Origin: Granulosicoccus sp.
GTDB taxonomy: Bacteria; Pseudomonadota; Gammaproteobacteria; Granulosicoccales; Granulosicoccaceae
Direction of reading: 5' to 3'
NCBI GenBank assembly: GCA_013002205.1
Contig: JABDKN010000128.1
Span: forward strand, 2,824 to 66,823
Length of the DNA stretch: 64,000 nt
Numbering within the stretch: position 1 is the stretch's first letter; every line of letters begins with the position of its first letter. Shown here piece after piece: positions 56,801-64,000 of this stretch. The position numbers and the translations under genes were made by a program. Under the pieces are notes generated by a model, which saw nothing but the letters and a program-made list of their open reading frames with translations, did no database searches and was not told the origin of the DNA.

Positions 56801-57285
56801 GTGGAAAACTGCCGGACTATGACAAGCCGCTGGCACAGGGTACCGAAGTCGATCTTGGTGTGCCTGCCCTGCTGCCGGAAGATTATGTGCCGGATGTGCA
56901 CCAGCGACTGATCCTGTACAAACGTATCTCAAATGCTCCGGACAGCGAGGCTTTGCGTGAGATGAAAATCGAACTCATCGACCGCTTCGGCCTGTTACCG
57001 GAGCAGACGGAGCGGCTTTTCGATGTGATGCGCCTGCGAATCCGCTGCGAGCACCTGGGTATCGAACGGCTCGAGCTCAATGCCGTTGGTGGGCGTATCG
57101 TGTTCTCCACCGACCCCAACATCGATCCCATGGCACTGATCCAGTTGATCCAGCGCAACAGCAGCACCTATCGATTTGATGGCAAGCAGATTCTGAGAAT
57201 CGCCAAGTCGTTTGAAGATTCCGCAGAGGCGCAGGAATTCATTGAACGACTGCTGGATTCACTGACCATACCTGAAGCCGCGTAG
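53824..57285 (+). CDS. mfd: Transcription-repair coupling factor
   Basis: YDRVSPH, VHIDHGVGRY, CGDVGFGKTEVA, DEEHRFGV, HQLRGRVGR, DLEIRGAG. Confidence 0.99.
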   Translation: MSATEETALLLPPEAASKSRWGQLYGASESLAIAEQAASSNQLVVVIAPNTTELLHLEVELRFFAGADLPVHVLGDWETLTYDRVSPHQDTISQRIRTLYSLRKAHHGILLLTAAALMQRLPPQNFLDQHALIINQGDTLPLDDFRTRLVDAGYRLVTQVEEHGEFAVRGSILDLFPMSSNYPYRVEFFDDDIDTIRTFDVDTQRGLEQAAKIELLPAHEFPLNEAGISLFRRQYRNAFAAESKNTPIYQSISDGNAPAGIEYYMPLFFESTSQLFHYLPTSARFILVDGAQHAFQSFEDNTLDRYEQRRHDVERPILPPAEIYLSAAEVGQLLDERVCTSTQRFEIENTGEDGLNLQTEAPGLYPPEPRSERPLGLLQDFLGRFPGRVLFVAESTGRREVLLDQLVGNRLVPETVDSWADFLRSERNLCLTTAALDRGLLLPEAQVAMITESQLGSGRIKRRERRRPARDSEAIISNLTDLSIGAPVVHIDHGVGRYQGLNSLSVGDVTNEYLTIHYAGDDKLYVPVSSLHLISRYAGASEDSAPLHKLGTDTWQKVRRKAAEKAYDVAAELLEIHARRAAREGFAFPARSDNYTLFSDAFPFEETPDQLAAIDAVVADLRSPQPTDRVVCGDVGFGKTEVAMRAAFVAVDGGKQVAVLVPTTLLARQHHQNFMDRFADWPVQIQSLSRFETAREQKEILQRLASGGIDIIIGTHKLLSRDIKYRNLGLVIIDEEHRFGVRHKEHMKALRSEVDIVTLTATPIPRTLNMGLAGMRDLSIIATPPQHRHAIKTFVGEWSDVQIREACERELSRGGQVYFLHNEVQTIERIVEDLERIVPHAQINYAHGQMRETDLEQVMSDFYHQRFNILVSTTIIESGIDIPTANTIIINRADKLGLAQLHQLRGRVGRSHHRAYAYLLTPPRGSMTADAEKRLQAIESLEDLGVGFTLATHDLEIRGAGELLGEGQSGQIQEIGFTLYSELLTRAVRALKSGKLPDYDKPLAQGTEVDLGVPALLPEDYVPDVHQRLILYKRISNAPDSEALREMKIELIDRFGLLPEQTERLFDVMRLRIRCEHLGIERLELNAVGGRIVFSTDPNIDPMALIQLIQRNSSTYRFDGKQILRIAKSFEDSAEAQEFIERLLDSLTIPEAA

Positions 57286-57347
57286 TGCCAATGATGCGGA
57301 ATCTGCAAGCGGAATCTGCAAACCGACCGGTTACACCGAGAACATCC

Positions 57348-58100
57348 ATGAACAAACCAATCATCCGACGAACTCTCCAGATACTGGCCATCTGCACACT
57401 GGGACTGGCAGGCAGCGTGCAAGCCAGGGACTATCTGGTCGAGGTCGTGCTGTTCGAGACACTCGAAGGTCGCGAGATGACCGCAGGAGGGCTCTATTAC
57501 CCAAAACTGGAGCGCGGTCTGAGACTGGCGACAGAGGCAGCCGATGCAGCCGGATTCGTGCAGGTCGAACTCGGTCTGAGCCTGACGGAGAACGCCGCAT
57601 CCATAGCCAACTCACGTCGCTACAGGCTGATACGTCATCTTGCCTGGCGACAACCGGGGCTGGACGACGACAGCGCCATACCCGTGAGCATCAGTCTGGG
57701 CAATACCATCCCTCTGTACATTCCGGATGATGTCGGTGAATTCGACGAATTCATACCGGCCTCCTCGAGCGCCTCGCCGGAACGTACTCGCCAGATCACT
57801 ACAAGCACCGTCAACGGCAGCATCAAAGTTCGGCTGGGCAGATTCCTGCACATGGATACGCTGCTGGTCTACACCGATCCGGACTCCCAACAGAGTTTTC
57901 GCCTGTCACAGAGTCGCAAGATGCGCAGTCGTGAATTGCACTACATCGATAATCCGCGCTTCGGGTTACTGACCCGCATACTGCCCATCGAAGAGGCGGA
58001 TGGGTCGACCGACGATGTAACGCTTGATGATTCAGCCATCGAACCCGACAATGCCAGTGATGGCACAGGCGATGAGGGTCCGGATGCACCTGCCAACTAG
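57348..58100 (+). CDS. CsiV-like periplasmic peptidoglycan-binding protein
   Basis: Signal peptide, YLVEVVLF, RLIRHLAWRQP, SRKMRSRELHYIDNPRFGLL; typical position after mfd. Confidence 0.8.
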   Translation: MNKPIIRRTLQILAICTLGLAGSVQARDYLVEVVLFETLEGREMTAGGLYYPKLERGLRLATEAADAAGFVQVELGLSLTENAASIANSRRYRLIRHLAWRQPGLDDDSAIPVSISLGNTIPLYIPDDVGEFDEFIPASSSASPERTRQITTSTVNGSIKVRLGRFLHMDTLLVYTDPDSQQSFRLSQSRKMRSRELHYIDNPRFGLLTRILPIEEADGSTDDVTLDDSAIEPDNASDGTGDEGPDAPAN

Positions 58101-58155
58101 CCTCTTTGTGAAGCTGCCTGCAGTTTCCGGATGTCGAACAACTCATTACCGGCAA

Positions 58156-58182
58156 CTTCACCGCTATTCAGTATAGGTTCAG
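58156..58182 (+). promoter_or_regulatory. PhoP-box-like direct repeat
   Basis: ATTCAG-N5-GTTCAG (58166-58182) with a third half-site CTTCAC (58156-58161), upstream of the glycine-zipper/PepSY/RR/HK run. Confidence 0.55.
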
Positions 58183-58253
58183 GGCTCGGACCCTATCGTT
58201 GGCCCCAGGCGTGACATTGGTGTCCCGCGATTAGCAGCCGTCAGGAGTACGAT

Positions 58254-58958
58254 ATGAAACAGCAATTGAACACGGAGTCCGTTGGCAGAACTGTGGCAGG
58301 CAAGCCCGGACTAACTCACCGACGATCCCTCCTGGGCGTCGCTCTGCTTGTCAGCAGTCTAGCAATGATATCCGCGCAGGCAGGCGCTACCGAGCGCCGC
58401 GTCGCGACTGAACGATTCACCGAATACGCACCGGTGATCGATGTACAACCGGTTTACCGGGAAGTCCGTTTGCGTGAACCTCGCCAGGAATGCTGGACGG
58501 AAGAACAGCAAGTCATTGTCGGCTACCAGGACACGGTGCGACGCGACCGCTATCCAAGGCGTGGCCGTGAGACACATGGCCCATCCGGCAATGCCATCGT
58601 CGGCGGGCTTATCGGCGGGGTAATCGGCAATCAACTGGGCCGTGGGCACAGTAGTCAGTCGCGCGCCGGAGCCACAGTTGCCGGCGCCATCATCGGTGGC
58701 GCCATTGCCAATGAAGCCGGCGGCGAAGTCTCGCGGCACCGTCGGCCGCAACGTTCACCTCGAGTGGAGTCCAGACCCATCTACGAGACAAGGCAGGTCG
58801 AGCGCTGCAAACGTGTGGTGGAATCACGCAGTGAACGACAACTGCAGCACTACAACGTGACCTACCGGTACAAGGGCCGCAAGTTCGTGACGCAGTTGCC
58901 CAGAGATCCGGGAAATAGAATTGAGCTGCAGGTGTCCGTTTCACCTGCTCGCCGATAA
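58254..58958 (+). CDS. Glycine-zipper 2TM domain protein (YcfJ-like)
   Basis: YAPVIDVQP, PRQECW, IVGGLIGGVIGNQLGRG, GAIIGGAIA, YNVTYRYKG. Confidence 0.85.
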   Translation: MKQQLNTESVGRTVAGKPGLTHRRSLLGVALLVSSLAMISAQAGATERRVATERFTEYAPVIDVQPVYREVRLREPRQECWTEEQQVIVGYQDTVRRDRYPRRGRETHGPSGNAIVGGLIGGVIGNQLGRGHSSQSRAGATVAGAIIGGAIANEAGGEVSRHRRPQRSPRVESRPIYETRQVERCKRVVESRSERQLQHYNVTYRYKGRKFVTQLPRDPGNRIELQVSVSPARR

Positions 58959-58999
58959 CCATAGCAGTTGCGCCGCATCATCAACACAAGCTGTCATCC

Positions 59000-59296
59000 A
59001 TGAGCGCAAGAGCGCCAGCACCGGCAATGATCAACGCCTCCGTAAATCGACGGACGGCGTTGATTTCTGTGCTGCTGCTGGCGCTACTGTGCCTGGGCAC
59101 GATGGCTTTACCGGTCAGCGCTGCCGATGCAGCCAACCGTCAGCAGGCCATCGACATGGCGTTGGATCAAAACGGCGGTGACGGAAAGGTACTGGGGGTC
59201 AAGGTGGAAAACGACAGGAATGGCCAGACAGTCTATGCCATAAAGATTCTGAGCAATGGACGCATTCGCGTGATTCGTATTCCACAGGCTGAATGA
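59000..59296 (+). CDS. Small exported PepSY-like protein
   Basis: Signal peptide, RQQAIDMAL, GKVLGV, VYAIKILSNGRIRVIRI. Confidence 0.7.
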   Translation: MSARAPAPAMINASVNRRTALISVLLLALLCLGTMALPVSAADAANRQQAIDMALDQNGGDGKVLGVKVENDRNGQTVYAIKILSNGRIRVIRIPQAE

Positions 59297-59297
59297 G

Positions 59298-60062
59298 ATG
59301 CGCGCACTGCTCGTAGAAGATGAATCAACCCTGCGCCGCCAGCTGGTGAGCGCATTGCGGGAGCAAGGCTTTGCCATAGACGAAACCGGCGAAGGCGAGG
59401 AAGGGTTGTACCTGGCCCTGAACATGCCGATAGACATTGCCATCATCGATCTGGGACTTCCAGGGCGCGATGGACTGTCGTTGATCAAGGCGTTGCGCAA
59501 GCAGGACAAACGCTATCCGGTACTGATTCTTACGGCACGTGATCGTTGGCAGGACAAGGTTGACGGCCTGGAAGCCGGGGCGGATGACTATCTGACCAAA
59601 CCATTCCATATGGAGGAACTGCTTGCGCGGACTCGCGCACTGTTGCGACGAACCGGCGGCTGGACCGATTCGACCATGCAGTTCGAACGGTTGAGTATCG
59701 ACACACGAGCGCAGCAAGTCACCGTGGATGGACGGCCGATCGAGCTGACGGCCTATGAATACCGCGTACTCGTGTACCTGGCCACTCAGGATGGTCAAGT
59801 GATCAGCAAGGGCACTTTGCTGGATCACCTGTACGACGAAGCCACCGACCGTGACCCCAATGTGCTCGAAGTATTCATCAGGCGACTTAGACAGAAACTG
59901 GATCCGGACAAGAGCCTGAATCCCATCGAAACTCTGCGCGGGCGCGGCTATCGCCTGGCGCTGGCTCGTCAGGCGCCGGATACGACTGCCGGCCCTGCGG
60001 AAGGTAACACGGCGAATGAATCATCTACGGCGCCGTCTCCGGCGGACCCTGCCCGTCGGTAG
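59298..60062 (+). CDS. phoP: OmpR-family response regulator (PhoP-like)
   Basis: MRALLVEDE, IDLGLP, LTARDRWQDKVDGLEAGADDYLTKPF, IETLRGRGY. Confidence 0.8.
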   Translation: MRALLVEDESTLRRQLVSALREQGFAIDETGEGEEGLYLALNMPIDIAIIDLGLPGRDGLSLIKALRKQDKRYPVLILTARDRWQDKVDGLEAGADDYLTKPFHMEELLARTRALLRRTGGWTDSTMQFERLSIDTRAQQVTVDGRPIELTAYEYRVLVYLATQDGQVISKGTLLDHLYDEATDRDPNVLEVFIRRLRQKLDPDKSLNPIETLRGRGYRLALARQAPDTTAGPAEGNTANESSTAPSPADPARR

Positions 60063-60093
60063 CCTGGCCTATGCATGAAGCAGCGACACCCTA

Positions 60094-61431
60094 TTGCGGC
60101 AGACCTCGATGAAATCCATCTCGACGAGACTGGTCGTCGGCACCAGTCTGGTGCTGTCCGTCTTCGTCATACTCGTTGCCCTGTCTGTGTCCTGGTCAGT
60201 CCACGAACGCGCGAAAACTGCCCGTTTCGATCGCCTGCAGGGGCTGGTTTACGGCATTCTGGGTGCCACCGACATCGCCTCAAGCAACCGCCTGACAGTC
60301 AATGCCATGGCCTTGCCCGATCCCCGGCTCGCACACAGCACCAGCGGGTTGTACGCAGAACTGGTTGGCAGTGACGGCCAGCGACTGTGGCAGAGTGATT
60401 CGACGGCAAGCTGGCTGCCGGAGACCACGGTACGGCCAATTGGCGACTGGCTGTTCGAGACGGTCGAGAGCGACGGACGCCCTCCCCTGCACCGGCTTCA
60501 GCTCGCCACTGCCTGGCAATTCGACAACGGCGAGGAGCTGCCATTCATCGTCCAGGTTGTAGACGAAGCGGACAGCCTGACACGCCAGTTGCAACGCTTT
60601 GACCGTACACTGTGGGCTACTCTGCTGGCCTCGGCGGCGGCTCTGTTGATCCTGCAGCTGGTGGTGCTGAGACAGTCGCTGAAACCACTGCGCATCCTCG
60701 GTGACGAAGTGGCTGCCATCGAACGTGGCGAACTCGATTCGCTGACCGAGGAGGTGCCTGGCGAACTCTACCCCATGGCTTCCGGTCTGAACGCGCTGAT
60801 ACGCTCAGAGCGTGAACGGCATGCACAGTACCGCCATCTGCTGGATGACCTTGCTCACAGTCTCAAGACTCCACTGTCGGTTCTGCAGAACCTTGCCAGA
60901 GCCGAACATCGCAATGGCGAAACCATCCGGGAACAGACCCGGCTGATGCAGGCCTCGATCGATCGTTATGTTCAGCGCGCGAATCTGCGCAGTCCTCGGT
61001 ACCTGGCACCGATGATCAACGTCCGGCCGGTGATAGATCGCCTGGCGGAATCACTCGGCAAACTCTATGAGCACCCCGACGTCCGGTTCAATGTACAGGT
61101 CGATGAAGATTTTCAGGTACGGATGGATGAGGCCGACCTTTTCGAAGTACTGGGCAATGTGATGGAGAACGCATGCAAATACGGCGCTCGCAACATCACC
61201 GTCAGCCAGGCTTCAGATCAGCGTTGCCTGAGCATATGCGACGATGGTCCCGGTTTTCCTGACGTAGAACTCGAACAGCTTGTACAAAGGGGCGTGCGGG
61301 CCGACAGCCAGACACCAGGCACTGGCATGGGGCTGGCCGTCGCTCGGCAATTGATGGCAAGTTACGGTGGAAGACTGGAACCGGGTCATGCCTTGGGTGG
61401 AGGCGCACAGGTGAGTCTGTGGTTTGTTTGA
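60094..61431 (+). CDS. phoQ: Sensor histidine kinase (PhoQ-like)
   Basis: Two TM, HAMP, H-box LDDLAHSLKTPL, GNVMENACKY, DDGPG, GTGMGLA. Confidence 0.8.
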   Translation: MRQTSMKSISTRLVVGTSLVLSVFVILVALSVSWSVHERAKTARFDRLQGLVYGILGATDIASSNRLTVNAMALPDPRLAHSTSGLYAELVGSDGQRLWQSDSTASWLPETTVRPIGDWLFETVESDGRPPLHRLQLATAWQFDNGEELPFIVQVVDEADSLTRQLQRFDRTLWATLLASAAALLILQLVVLRQSLKPLRILGDEVAAIERGELDSLTEEVPGELYPMASGLNALIRSERERHAQYRHLLDDLAHSLKTPLSVLQNLARAEHRNGETIREQTRLMQASIDRYVQRANLRSPRYLAPMINVRPVIDRLAESLGKLYEHPDVRFNVQVDEDFQVRMDEADLFEVLGNVMENACKYGARNITVSQASDQRCLSICDDGPGFPDVELEQLVQRGVRADSQTPGTGMGLAVARQLMASYGGRLEPGHALGGGAQVSLWFV

Positions 61432-61432
61432 G

Positions 61433-62260
61433 CTATGGCTTGGCGACGATGTATCCCAGCCAGCAGGCATAATCTTCCGCCTCGTCGGTGGCGATATACT
61501 CGTCCAGAGCTTCGTCGGTCTTCGGGTCGAATTTCTGCCTGTAGACGATGCTCTCGCTGAATCCCGCCTCTGCCAGTATCTCTCTGAGCTCACGGGCTCC
61601 CCAGACACGCCAGGTATAACTGAATGCTTTCTTGAGCTTTGATTTATCAGGAAAGTGAAAATGGATATGACACTTGAGTTCATTGGTGATGGCGTTGAAT
61701 TCAGCCTGTTCCCAGACGTACTTGAAGCCGTCTACCTTGCGTTTTTCCTTCTGCGTCTGATAACACTCGGATCCACCGAACACATCGAGAAACAACAGGC
61801 CGTCGTCGACCAGCGCTTCGCGGGTTCGTTTGAAATATTCAAGCATGGTAGTCCGCTCCTGGAAGAACCAGTAACTGAAATTATAGGCCTGCAGAACGTC
61901 CACCCTGGGTGTTTCAACATTCAGCACATCATCGAGCAACAGTTCGATCCGTTGCTGCTGCTCTATGGTGAGCTTCGCCACGTTGTATCGTCGACTCCAG
62001 TCCAGAACTTCCGCATCGATGTCGACTGCAACCGCTTTGTTCGTTCGTCGGCGCTTCACCCACTGGCAGGAGGAAATCGCGGTACCGGCAAAATCCTCGC
62101 GCATGGTCCTGGGTTTTCGACCACGCAGCTTCTTGAAGGTCTTGTCGATAAAATCCAGCTCAAAGTCCGGGTTCTGCACCGATGCCTGATATAGAAGATG
62201 GCGATCAGCTTGTTCCGCCATCGTCATCGGTTGTATTTTTTCTGCCGTAGACATGAACAA
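61433..62260 (-). CDS. Class I SAM-dependent methyltransferase of unknown substrate
   Basis: LYQASVQ, REDFAGTA, VAVDID, DVL, YNFSYW, LFLDVFGG. Confidence 0.8.
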   Translation of the reverse strand: MFMSTAEKIQPMTMAEQADRHLLYQASVQNPDFELDFIDKTFKKLRGRKPRTMREDFAGTAISSCQWVKRRRTNKAVAVDIDAEVLDWSRRYNVAKLTIEQQQRIELLLDDVLNVETPRVDVLQAYNFSYWFFQERTTMLEYFKRTREALVDDGLLFLDVFGGSECYQTQKEKRKVDGFKYVWEQAEFNAITNELKCHIHFHFPDKSKLKKAFSYTWRVWGARELREILAEAGFSESIVYRQKFDPKTDEALDEYIATDEAEDYACWLGYIVAKP

Positions 62261-62299
62261 TTTCCAAAGTATCCCAAGGTAGAGGCTTGCGCTGCCCGA

Positions 62300-63181
62300 T
62301 CAGTGTTTAATACCGACGCCACGGTTCAGCAGCATCATGGCAATGGTTCCCAGACCAACGATGAACACCAATATCACGAGAAAACTCGTCCAGATCGGTA
62401 TGTCGCTGGCGCCCAGTATGCCAAAACGGAATCCGTTAATCATATAGAGCATCGGATTGAACAATGACACCTGCTGCCAGAACTGGGGCAGCATGCTGAT
62501 GGAATAGAAGACCCCGCCCAGATAAGTCAATGGTGTCAGGATGAAATTGGGCACGATAGAGATGTCGTCAAACGATTTGGCAAACACTGCATTGATCAGG
62601 CCACCCAGCGAGAACATCATCGACGTCAACACGGCCACCAGGATCGTGACCAGCGGATGAACCGGGCGGATATCGGAGAATAACAGTGAGACGATGGCAA
62701 CCAGTACGCCCACCAGCAGACCACGTGTCATGCCACCTGTCACATAGCCGATCAGTATGGTCAGGTTGCTCACTGGCGACACCAGCAGCTCCTCGATATA
62801 GTTCTGCATCTTTGAACTGAAGAATGAACTGACCACATTGGAATATGAATTGATGATGACCGCCATCATGATGATGCCGGGTACGATGAAATCTATGTAA
62901 CGAAACCCGCCCATTTCGCTGATACGGGAACCGATCAGGCTGCCGAATATCAGCATGTAAAGCACGGCATTGATCGACGGTGGCACGATCGTCTGTACCC
63001 AGATACGCGTAAAGCGCCGGATCTCCTTCCTGACGATGGTCTGGAAGGCAATGCGATTGACTGCGATCAGATCAAGCTGCTGACGGGGGCTTGCGGATGC
63101 GGCTCGGGGCGATGCCTGATTCGCATCGACCACTGAGGGCTTGGTGCTTGCCACGTGCCCGGACCTGCCTGTTGTACTCAT
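62300..63181 (-). CDS. yadH: ABC-2 type permease (YadH-like)
   Basis: IVRKEIRRFTRIWVQT, YIDFIVPG, NSYSNVVSSFF, LTPLTYLGGVFYS; ATG overlaps the yadG TGA. Confidence 0.92.
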   Translation of the reverse strand: MSTTGRSGHVASTKPSVVDANQASPRAASASPRQQLDLIAVNRIAFQTIVRKEIRRFTRIWVQTIVPPSINAVLYMLIFGSLIGSRISEMGGFRYIDFIVPGIIMMAVIINSYSNVVSSFFSSKMQNYIEELLVSPVSNLTILIGYVTGGMTRGLLVGVLVAIVSLLFSDIRPVHPLVTILVAVLTSMMFSLGGLINAVFAKSFDDISIVPNFILTPLTYLGGVFYSISMLPQFWQQVSLFNPMLYMINGFRFGILGASDIPIWTSFLVILVFIVGLGTIAMMLLNRGVGIKH

Positions 63182-64000
63182 GCGACAGACTCCGCTTTTC
63201 GATGCACTAGCCTTAGAAAGAATTCCTCGAGCCTGTTGGTCTTGTTCCGCAGGCTGGTGACCTCGATCCCGGCTTCGCTCAATCCGCGAAACAAGGCGTT
63301 GAGAGTATGTCCATGAGGTACATCGACCTCCAGTCTGTTCTCGTCTCGAAAGCGCAACGTGTAGGGCGTCATTGCAGGCAGGGTCGATGGGTTGCCACGA
63401 GTATCCAGTACGAAGGTCTCCATCATCGAACGGCTGAGAAGCTGAGACACTGCACCGCGCTCCACTATTTCGCCGTCGTCGATGATGGCGACATTGCGGC
63501 AGAGTGCTTCTGCCTCTTCCAGATAATGGGTTGTCAGGATGATGGTAGTACCGTGCTGTTCGTTCAACTCGGTCAGAAACGCCCACATCGAGCGACGGAT
63601 TTCCAGGTCCACACCGGCCGTCGGCTCATCCAGAATCAACAGACGGGGTTCATGAACCAGCGCACGGGCAATCATCAGGCGTCGTTTCATACCACCGGAC
63701 AACTGTCGCGCGGCGGCTTTACGCTTGTCCCACAGATCCAGTTTCTTCAGATAGTACTCAGCACGCTTCAGCGCGACCTGCCGCCGGATACCGTTGTAGC
63801 CTGCCACATTGAGGACGGTGGGCAGGACGGGTTCGAAAACATTGAAATTGAATTCCTGGGGCACCAGGCCAATACTGGCCTTGGCAGCCTCAGGCTCTCG
63901 ATCGATGTCATGGCCGAACACTTCGACTGATCCTGAGGTTTTGTTGACCAATGAGCAGGTAATGCCGATAGCCGTGGATTTCCCGGCACCATTGGGGCCG
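63178..64000 (-). CDS. yadG: ABC transporter ATP-binding protein (YadG-like), 5' end beyond window
   Basis: GPNGAGKST at the window edge, LSGGMKRR, ILDEPTAGVD, TTHYLEEAE, NRLEEFF. Confidence 0.93.
   Translation of the reverse strand, partial: GPNGAGKSTAIGITCSLVNKTSGSVEVFGHDIDREPEAAKASIGLVPQEFNFNVFEPVLPTVLNVAGYNGIRRQVALKRAEYYLKKLDLWDKRKAAARQLSGGMKRRLMIARALVHEPRLLILDEPTAGVDLEIRRSMWAFLTELNEQHGTTIILTTHYLEEAEALCRNVAIIDDGEIVERGAVSQLLSRSMMETFVLDTRGNPSTLPAMTPYTLRFRDENRLEVDVPHGHTLNALFRGLSEAGIEVTSLRNKTNRLEEFFLRLVHRKAESVA

Overview
A 64 kb stretch of core chromosome from a GC-rich Gammaproteobacterium. The lineage is inferred from gene content and order. There is no prophage, IS, integrase or CRISPR array. 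From left to right: (1) a minus-strand run of serS followed by nine fatty/organic-acid uptake and activation genes (long-chain acyl-CoA ligase, Liv-type ABC transporter, PaaK-like ligase, acyl-CoA thioesterase, acetoacetyl-CoA synthetase truncated by the window edge); (2) crcB, DUF4124, DUF1249, infA, clpA, clpS; (3) a small polysaccharide cassette (TIGR03013-like phosphoglycosyl transferase, TviB-like dehydrogenase, UDP-uronate epimerase) and a LysR regulator; (4) mnmA-hflD, acnB, uvrB, tRNA-Asn, an unknown 400-aa protein, tRNA-Pro and the thrS-infC-rpmI-rplT-pheST-ihfA-merR operon; (5) tRNA-Val-purB-roxA; (6) comEC-exbBD-msbA-lpxK-kdsB-nudF followed by a receiver plus small-protein pair; (7) DUF2062, lolD, lolC/E, mfd, csiV; (8) a glycine-zipper/PepSY/PhoPQ-like operon, a SAM methyltransferase and yadHG. 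The most promising novelties are a stand-alone HisKA(DHp)-like protein paired with a single-domain receiver (42055-42768), a phosphoglycosyl transferase whose catalytic Asp-Glu dyad reads Asp-Thr (17765-19177), a Fur-box-like site before the LysR gene, and a tRNA-flanked unknown protein with a CheZ-like C-terminal helix. All family assignments come from motif recognition by eye; no database searches were run.
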